Shown in pieces: positions 54,961-64,000 of a stretch of 64,000 bases of DNA. The stretch is taken from NCBI GenBank assembly GCA_951406725.2, contig OX597814.1, positions 96,348,001-96,412,000 of the forward strand. Reading direction: 5' to 3'. Positions within the stretch are counted from its first letter, which is position 1, and each line of letters opens with the position of its first letter. The position numbers and the translations under genes were made by a program. Below the pieces are notes generated by a model that saw only the letters and a list, made by a program, of their open reading frames with translations, made no database searches and was not told where the DNA came from. This DNA is from Octopus vulgaris (Eukaryota).

Positions 54961-55209
54961 AATAAATTTGTCAGCCTCTTCCCAGATGTACTGCTTTCAA
55001 CACCAACGACCCGACACACACGCTTGAAGACCGTATACCCCATGACTGGCAAACGAATGATATCCATTGACTACTCTCAGACACCATCTTTTGATGGCCA
55101 AGTATACCCCTTGATATAAGTACACACATACACTTCGGGAGAAGCGTAGGGCAAGGGGTACATATAATCCTCAGTATCTTTCTAGCGCAATGAGGAGACC
55201 ATACACTGC

Positions 55210-56386
55210 AAATATAGATAATAATGGGCGTTATGTCCGTCTGTCCGTCTCTTTGTTCCCTCTTCACGGCCAGACAGCTGGAACAATGGTTACAATATTT
55301 TTCGGGATTACAAAGACGGTCGTCAACAAGGTTTTTAGTATTAAAAAATCAGAAAGAATGATTATTTCGTGGAGATCAATTTTTGAATTGATAAATCACC
55401 ATCGCATATCTATTAAAAAACTCACCGACCACGTGTAACTCTGGATTTTCTTCGTATAGTTCGTGGCGCCATTGTAGATAAGAAGGGGGTCGCGAGGACG
55501 GTTAATAGCGAAAATAAAATGGAAAACGTGTGTGTCGGTATATAATGTATGATTGTTTAGTGGTTATTGAAGTGTGTCAGTCTCGAGCAGGATTCGAAAC
55601 GGCTATTCGACGTAGCTGTTGTTTGCATCTCAGTTTTGTCAATCAAAATAACCCATGGTACCAGAACATCCAGACATTCGCATAGAACAGTGAGAGGTAA
55701 ATCTTAGTTTGGTTTTTTGTAACCCTAAAGATTCTGCTCGCGCATTCACAGCAAACAAGATACAAGGCCAGACTTTAGATCATGTAGGTGTATTTTTATC
55801 CACTTCGATGTTTATACACGGTCAGTTATACGTCGCTATGAGTAGGGCAACGGACTCCAGCAATTTAAAAATTAGTGTTGACCAAACAGAAAATATCGTC
55901 TACAAAGAAGTTTTGTAATCATATTGATATTATCAAAAGGAATATGATTCATAATTTAAATAAGGAAATTTGTGAACTTTGAACGTATAAGAGTATAAAC
56001 AAGCGCGAAATAAGCTAAAATAAAAGTATATCTAAACATTTTTGTCTTAATACTTTTTATGTAGTGTTCGAAGGAAACTCTGGCTTTCGTTATGTAAGCT
56101 TTTTTCGTAGCTTTTTTATGTAGCTTTCGTTAGAAGTGGTCCACATAAACATTCATGATACAGAGGCTGGGAGCCTATTTCAGTTCGGGAATGAATTATC
56201 ACGTCACGTAGTCGTAAACACGTCATATAGCTTCAATAGAATGCTGTATCATCAACAATAATATGATTTCTCTAAGACATCACCTAGTAATCTATCAAGT
56301 CCATTTACACATTTCTAAATGCATACTGCTGTTATGACTTCCCTCTCTCAATTTATGCCTCCATCGTAGACAGATAGATTTGCTAG
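55210..56386 (+). mobile_element. Non-autonomous Helitron with Pif1 helicase C-terminal remnant
   Basis: 55709-55918 FTANKIQGQTLDHVGVFL..HGQLYVAMSR..NIVYKEVL; 5' gtccgtctgtccgtc; candidate 3' CTAG at 56383-56386. Confidence 0.7.
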
Positions 56387-56479
56387 TATTGATAATTGAT
56401 ATTAAAGATGAAGCTAATAACGCGCTAGCAACTGTGAAAAGCAAACTGAAAAGTTGAGAATAGTATCTTATCTTTTATC

Positions 56480-56862
56480 TTACACTTATTTTAGTCATTA
56501 GACTGCGGCAATGCTGGGTTACCACTTTGATGAAATTTTAGCCGATTAAATCGACCCCAACACTTATTTTATTTTAAGCCTGGTACTCATTCAATCGGTC
56601 TCTTTTGCCGAACCGCTAATTTACGGGGTCGTAAACATACCATCAACGACTGTCAAGCAGGTGTGGTGGAGCAAACACAAACACAAAGACACTCACTTAT
56701 ATACGATGGGCTTCTTCCTGTTTTCGTCTACCAAATCCACTCACAAGGCTTTGGTCGGTCTGAGGCTATAGTAGAAGACACTTAAAGGCACACGCAGTGG
56801 GACTGAACTTAGAACCATGTGGCTAGGAAGCAAACTTTTTGCCACACATCCACGCCTGTGCC
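56480..56862 (-). mobile_element. CORE-type SINE
   Basis: Reverse complement of the 19261 family. Confidence 0.8.
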
Positions 56863-57829
56863 TATATAGATATTTCTTTAATACCAATGAAACACGATCT
56901 ATTATCACTCTACACCAGCCGGTAGTATCCACGAACTTTGAAATCTCCATGGCAACCAATTCTCTTAAGAATAATAAAACAGCGGGATCCGACTGCATCT
57001 GCATAAAGTCCATTAGATGATCTTTCAGTTGGACGACGCGAAAGCTAAATCCAACAGTTTTTACCTCTGTTAATCTGTGTAAGCCGGTGCTACGAGGAAA
57101 GTAACAGCTCTATAGGAAAGAGAGTTAATAGAGTTCTAGTTGCCATTTAAAGTATATACCATTTTATTCATATTTAAAATATTTAATGCAATTAAAAACT
57201 ATTCATTACGTGTCATAAAGTTTCGGCCTCCATGTAAGATCTACTCCCTAACTTGATATGTTTTACCAATTTTCGCAATGTAGAGAAAGTCACATGATTT
57301 CGAAGAAGCTTATCTCTTGAAAGATTAAAAATCATATCACGAGGAAACATACAAATAAATGAGCCAGAGAGAGAGAGCATCTATGCCGTGGGACAACCTG
57401 CTAGAAATAGCCTTCAAATAGCCCTGAAATCATATTCTACAGTCTTTAAAAAACAAAAACGTCGCATATAATGTATTTCACTATTAGAAACCAAAAACTG
57501 GAATATAGTCATCGCTGGAACGACTTTTATACTAGGTCTACTCAATCATAGCTAACCTGGAACTACATAACAACGAATCATGCAAGTAAATTTTTGCATA
57601 TTTCTTTTGAACTTAGAATTCATCTCCAAGGAATATAGGATTTATATATAATAACCGAAATATTAAAAAGATTATTATCTTAAAATGTACTTCATTTGTC
57701 ATTTATATTAAAGCTTGGATATTATATATTGAACTCCAAATTAACATTTATTTTAATGGGATGATATATTTTATATATTGAGATAATTACAATTTTTCTT
57801 ATAACAGAAGTACAATCAACTGAATCGGC

Positions 57830-59740
57830 TCTTGTGTATTACTGGTATCATCAATTTCAGAGGTTTTGGGAAGGGGATAATGAAGGCAAATTCGAATCTG
57901 GTACGTATTTCATCTCAAAACTGAGAGGCAAAACAAAATGTTGTAAGCTATTTAGTACGCTCTACCAACTTGTTAGATTAATGTAAAATCGCAATAGGAG
58001 ACGCTTGCAATAACTTGATATTTAATGACGGCTTTTTACATTCTGAATTAAATTCTGTCGACGTCAACTTTACTTTTCATTCTCCCGAAATAGATAAAAT
58101 AAAGTAGCAGTACTAGTTTTGATATAACCAATTGTCCCTTTTCTAACAAGTTTGAAGACTAGTGCCATAGTAAGAAATGAAAATGTTACTGTCAATAAAA
58201 AGCGGTAGAATATCAAACGTTAGAGATTCAGATAAACTACCACGCAGTATCTAGTTACGTTCTGAGTTCAAATGCCATCGAGGTCAAACTTATCCTTAAC
58301 TCTTCCACAGGTCTTAACAGAAAACCATGTACTGCGATGATTGTATCCATTGTTTATTTCCCGGAATTTCTAGTCTTCTGTTTTCTAAGTTAGAAATCAA
58401 TATCTTTTCTATTACTAAAGAGTGCTGGAAGACAGAAGCAGTAACACTCCAGATTATATATATTTTGCAATTCTCAGTTATGTCTACTTACCATCTAAGT
58501 TCAAATATCGACAGGATGAATTTTGTCTTTACACCACAGTTAATAGAAATATATACCATTCATTTATCCGACCCTGCCAGCTACTACTGCCTTTTTGTGG
58601 AAATAGTTGATGGTTTCCAAGATAAATAGCTGTCATTATTATATCATTATAAATCGGTGTGCTGCATAATCGTTAGCACGCCGGGCAAAATGCTTAGCAG
58701 CATTTCGTCCGTCTTTACTGCCTGATTTCAAATTCCTCAGAGGTCGACTCTACCTTTCATCTTTTCAGGGTTGATAAAATAAGTTTCAGTTACGTACTGG
58801 GGTCGGTATAATCGACTTTGCCTCTCCTCCGAAATTGTTAGCCCGGAGAAATGTTTAGCGGCGTTTCTTCCCTCTGTACGTTCTGTGTTCAAACACCGCT
58901 GAGGCCAACAATACCTTTCATTCCTCCAAGTCAATGAAATCAAGATGACATCGACTAATCCTATCCCTCAAAGTTATTGGCATTGTGCCTAAATCAGAAA
59001 TTTTTATTATATCTGGTAGAGTAGTGAGTTAGGAGAATCATTAGAACGTCGGTAAAATTTATCCTTTTGGAGTTGATAAAATAAAGTACCAGTCAAGTGT
59101 TTGAGTCGCTGGTACCGATTAACCCCTTTCCTTCACTGTGTCTGGCATTGTGCCTTACATAGAAACAATTATATCAAGGCCGATGGACTGTAATATTTCC
59201 TTTTGTCATTAAATGTTCTGAGTTCAAATCTTGTCAAAACAGACATTGCCTTTCATTCTCTCGGGGGTGACAAATTTACTACCATCATGTTATTGGGTAG
59301 ATTTAATTGAGTGTTGTTTTCTACAAAATGTGTAGCATTTTGTATTTGTGTTAGAAAGAAATCCCTTCTATTATCATCAAATAATTTTTGCCAATAGAAT
59401 CATTGACACAATCAAAGATTAGAAATATTTCAATAACAAGCACTTGATATATTTGAGTCGAAAACATAAAATTATGAAATTATCCAATTCGACCTCATAA
59501 AACATGAAGTCAATAGATAGATATTTCAAGCAGTTCTAGCATTTTAAATATATTTTTGTTATTCTACTATAAGCACAAGGACTGAAATTTTGTGAATGTG
59601 AGCTAGTCGAATACATCGACTCCAGTGCTCAACTGGTACCTATTTTATCGACTTTGAAAGGATAAAAGGTAAAGTCGACCGCGGCGGTGTTTGCACTCAG
59701 AACGTAGAGCTGGAAGAAATGCCTCTAAGCATTTTGTCAT
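57830..59740. mobile_element. Cluster of old Meta-domain SINE copies
   Basis: Repeated ttctgagttcaaat / gataaaataaagtac motifs, mostly plus strand, last copy minus. Confidence 0.65.
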
Positions 59741-61809
59741 AATGTACATAAAATATACCAATTATGGTTAATTAGTGTATTTGATGTATGTAATGAAAAT
59801 AATAATGTATTAGTCGATGTCTACCAACAAATCATAACGTACATTAAACACGCCACCTATCATAAGCAGAAAAGTTGTCAAAAATTAAACAGTCACCAAG
59901 CAATACTTTAAGTGTGTGTTAGTTAAAAAATATTTATTGTGAATGTTTCTGAAACATAATTTTTGTTACCAGCTGTTCCCAGAGATAACTAATTATGGTA
60001 GGTGACAATAGTTGAATAAGTTTTAAATTGGACTGTATGGGTTGTGCTCACCCATACAATAATACAAACGCAATCATGGAATGATACACTAGCTGCCCTT
60101 CGTCGCATGCTCTGTCATGTATGTCTGTGTATAATATCTCTTAATTCCTTCCATAAAAATGAACACAGTAAGTTGATTCATACCGCGCATGCGCTATGAA
60201 TCAACTTTCGCTTGCTGTCAGCAGTCGACTGAATGGTTTATTATATAACTGCAAATAGATTACTTGACCTACATTATGGCTGCTTGTACGGCTTGGCTAA
60301 CAGTACACGATACACATCCAGACAGAATTATTCACCAGCTGCCCTATGTTTTAAGTGGTATGTTAAATGTTTATGTGCATATTAAGCCGGCTTCGCACCA
60401 TATGGATATACGCAGTTGGATTCATTTGATTATAATGCTAGCAGTTTGAAAGGGATAAAACATGGACAACTGTATACAGGATAAAGAAAGAAACGAGTTA
60501 ATTTATAATGTGTGTTTGTGCAAATGCGAATGGGTTTAAAACTGTACATCACTACTAGACAACTACCAGCCCCACACCACTACTATGAAAGTGAATTTTG
60601 CTTGCCCTCTTCACTAATGAAAAGACAAAAATGGAATTTGTATCCATAGTTCTTAATTCGTCATAGAGTCGAGCAAGTTTTAAAATCATCTGAATTTTAT
60701 TAAACGTGGCTATTTGTCCGTCCCTTTTCAATCCTCACAGATCCCTTTCCAATATAAAACCAGTCGTTTAATGTTCTGTAACAATATTTAATTGAATGTT
60801 ACAACAAAAATATTTTAATGATTTATATAGCATCGTACTTATATAAATCATGCGAGTATCGTTGAGTTATATTTAAATATTTTAGACACGTTCTATATTA
60901 TCTAATTTTTATTATGTTTACTAACTACTATGTTCTGTTCTAAACCCATTAATTTGTAATGAGATTTTTCTTCGTCTATCATGAAAAATGTCCATCAACA
61001 TAACACTGATTATCTGAAGCATGAATTTATTACAGCTCCACACGACTGTCACCTACCACAATGTTTAATATGCAATTTTCTATGTAGCAATAAAGGTTAT
61101 AAATCATCGTCCCCTGAATGCACATTTCGCCAATAAAGATGATGAGTTATCCGGGAAAAGTACTGACATTCTACCCTAAATTTACAGAAATAAAACAGAA
61201 GCTAAATAATGCCGTGGCAACATATGCATCATATCGAAATGTCCTTCAACTATTGACTCGTCAACTTCGCTAATATTTCCCTCCCGTCATGGTATGCGCA
61301 GCCTTTTCAGAAGTAGCTATCAATGCTCCAGAATGACGAAACTATGAAAGTACTGTGTCAAACTATCGTATTAAATCATGGTTATTTCACTGTGGGTTTC
61401 TGAAGAAGTTGCGTGCAAATATCCTTTGTTCTTAACACTTCTATTCTTTCTATTCTTTCTCGAAAGTGGACTCAGTGGACTTATTAATTCGTCATACAGA
61501 AAGTCAAACAAGCCTCATATCACAAAACGAGATTTACATCTGATACTTGCCAAATTACAGCATGCTTGCTGGCCAGCATTAGATACGAGACGCTCGTTCA
61601 CAATTAATTAGTATTTTTACCATGGAACATTAGCGGACTTACTCCCATATTAAATAGGCTATCATAATACAACTTTGTAAGGTTAATAGTATTATATGTA
61701 GTTAGCACATATGTTAGATAAGTCATTGAATTTATTTGCTATCCAAAATGTCTGGAAGGAGGAATGAATTTTGATTAAACTGAGCAATTTTCTTTCTATC
61801 AATATTGTA

Positions 61810-63072
61810 TTGGGTTGTCCGGAAAGTTCGTGCCGATTTTTAAAGGAAAGAAAAAGGTCAATAAATACTTGCCATTACATTTTTAATCAACCAAATATGA
61901 AACATTTTGTTGCACAATGCGTCTCCAATCTTTCCTTTAACTTGAAAACACCCTCTTCCCAGAATTGAGGTGGTTTCATGGCAAATAATTCATCAAGGTA
62001 TCTTTTTATGTCATCCAAGGAATTGAAATTTTCACCATTAAGACTATTCTGCAGAGACCTGAATAAGTGGAAATCCGAAGGAGCAATATCTGGTGAATAT
62101 GGAGGGTGGGATAACACATCCCAGCCGAGCTGCAGCAATTTTTGTCTGGTGCCCAAAGAAACGTGCGGTCTTGCATTATCATGTTGGAAAACAACACCCT
62201 TCCTGTTGGACAATTCTGGACGTTTCTCGTCCAGTTGTGTGCAGTATTTCTCAGAATTAATTTTCTGGTTACTTGGGAGAAGCTCATAGTACAGATTTCC
62301 TTTCCAATCCCACCAGACATAAAACAGGACTTTTTTTGGGGAAGACCCGCTTTTGGGGTGGCTAAGGGTGGCTTATGTCGCTTACTCCAGGATCGCTTTC
62401 TCTGAACATTTCGGCAGATAATCCATTTCTCATCACCTGTCACTATTTGCTTTAAAAAAGGCGCGTTTTCATTCCGTTTATAAAGCTAATCACAGATGGA
62501 AATGCTATCCGAAAAGTTCTTCTCACTCAACTCATGTGGTACCCAAACATCGTAGCGATTTGTGTACCCAAGCTTTACCAGGTGCTCATGAACGACGGAT
62601 TTTGATAGGTTGAAGCTTTCTGCCAATTCTCGGGTCGTGCAATGTGGGTTATTCTCAATTAATGACTTGATTTGGTCATCATCTGTAGTGGATGGCCTGC
62701 CTGATCGCTCTTTATCAATAAGGCTACAATTTCCAGCTCGGAACCTTGCGAACCACTTCCGTACAACTCTTTCGGATAAAGAAACATCACTGTAAACTGC
62801 GCATATTTCTTTGGTTGCTTGTGAGGCATTTTTCCCTTTACGGAAAAAGAAACGCATCAAGTGCCGAAAATGAACTTCCTTATCTTCTATTTTAAAGGGT
62901 TACAGAATTAACATAGGTTATAGGAACATATACCTTCTTCCACGAAAAGATAGCTTGCACTGTGCTCTAAATGGAGGTGTAGTCAAATCTTATTTTATGT
63001 ACTCAATCATGTTCTAAAATAAGTCTAAAGGTTAGCTACTATAAATCGGCACGAACTTTCCGGACAACCCAA
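61810..63072 (-). mobile_element. Full-length mariner (mellifera-like) with perfect TIRs and TA TSD
   Basis: ttgggttgtccggaaagttcgtgccgattt at both ends, TA at 61808 and 63073. Confidence 0.95.
61887..62891 (-). pseudogene. Mariner D,D34D transposase pseudogene
   Basis: HTH (KWFARFRAG..RSGRP), WVPHEL, TGDEKW, HDNARPH, YSPDIAPSDFHLF; internal stop, frameshifts, start codon apparently mutated. Confidence 0.92.
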
Positions 63073-63369
63073 TACTTCTGTTACTGAGAGAACTTCATTT
63101 TCTTTTCTTAAACTCGTGCTGCGCAACGCTTTTGCAATTTATTCTTCTCAGAATCTTCCCACTAACTTGTTGAGCACAATCAGCGTTAACACAATTATCT
63201 TCCTTCATTCCAATAACAATACTTCTAAGGCTTGGATTTCCTTTTAATGAAAATCCAGGATTTCTTGGTATTAAAAATTTGGTGATGTTGCTATATCTAC
63301 AATGATTTTCTTCAGTTTCTATGTTGATACTTCTTTCTTTGTTCAAATCTGATGTACATTTATAATAGA

Positions 63370-64000
63370 CTAGCAGCATAGCCCGGCGTTGCCCGGGTAT
63401 GTAAGAGCCCCTAGTAGGCAACGACTAATCCCAATCTAGTCCTTTCCCTCTAGGGAACGAAGGCGCATGTGTAGGTTGCGATGTCTTCTCTTCACTCGAA
63501 TACTTCTGTGTATACGATGTTCCTAGCTGTCCCTTTGGGCGAAAACATGAAAACATAATTGTGCCTCCCAACGCGTGAACAGCCCACGTAGAGTTGACCG
63601 TGGTCGAAGCACTGTTCGCCCAACTGTAACCCAGCGACTTGTAGCGTTTGGCCTTGGGATTTATTGATGGACATTGTGAAGCAGAGTTTAACAGGAAACT
63701 GAGAACGCCTGAAGTGGATTGGTAGGTCAGCGCCCGACGGTTGAAGGTGCATGCGTGGAATGAAGACGTCCTCTCCCTTCCCACAACCGGTAAGTGTTGT
63801 GGCCGTTATTAAATGTGGTGGCAAATGTTTCACAACCAGACGTGTGCCGTTGCACTGTTTAGGTGGAACCAAATTCCTGATGAGCATAATGGGTGCACCG
63901 ACTTTTAACTTCAGGATGTGTGGCGGCAGGCCTGGCGGTTCAAGTGAATTCAGGAATTCAACAGGATAATCGGCAAGCTCGGCGGGGTCTGCTGTCCTAT
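63370..64000 (-). mobile_element. Helitron 3' end
   Basis: Minus strand cccgggcaacgccggg hairpin then tatgctgCTAG terminus at 63370. Confidence 0.92.
63492..63998 (-). CDS. Helitron RepHel Pif1-family helicase, C-terminal part (open to window edge)
   Basis: [78 protein letters not shown], no stops. Confidence 0.9.
   Translation of the reverse strand, partial: RTADPAELADYPVEFLNSLEPPGLPPHILKLKVGAPIMLIRNLVPPKQCNGTRLVVKHLPPHLITATTLTGCGKGEDVFIPRMHLQPSGADLPIHFRRSQFPVKLCFTMSINKSQGQTLQVAGLQLGEQCFDHGQLYVGCSRVGRHNYVFMFSPKGTARNIVYTEVFE

Overview
AT-rich, repeat-saturated eukaryotic genomic DNA; I could not support any host protein-coding gene. The repeat families (tRNA-derived Meta-domain and CORE SINEs resembling octopus families, very long TA/TTA/CA microsatellites) suggest a cephalopod, probably Octopus; this is inference only. 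Content: at least three Dong/R4-clade RLE retrotransposon families sitting in (TAA)n tracts, a CRE-like retrotransposon with a PHD finger, Penelope-like (GIY-YIG) remnants, CR1-like and RTE LINE fragments, three mariner copies plus a mariner MITE, a piggyBac, Helitrons/HINE, a long-TIR MITE carrying telomeric repeats, and SINE clusters. Most notable: (1) an apparently intact type I hammerhead ribozyme at 51166-51253 plus several decayed candidates; (2) an unclassified ~545-bp non-coding element found five times, always abutting (TTA)n, possibly a parasite of the Dong/R4 machinery; (3) a CRISPR-looking 34-bp array that is really a SINE-born minisatellite. All calls are by eye and coordinates are approximate unless termini are quoted.
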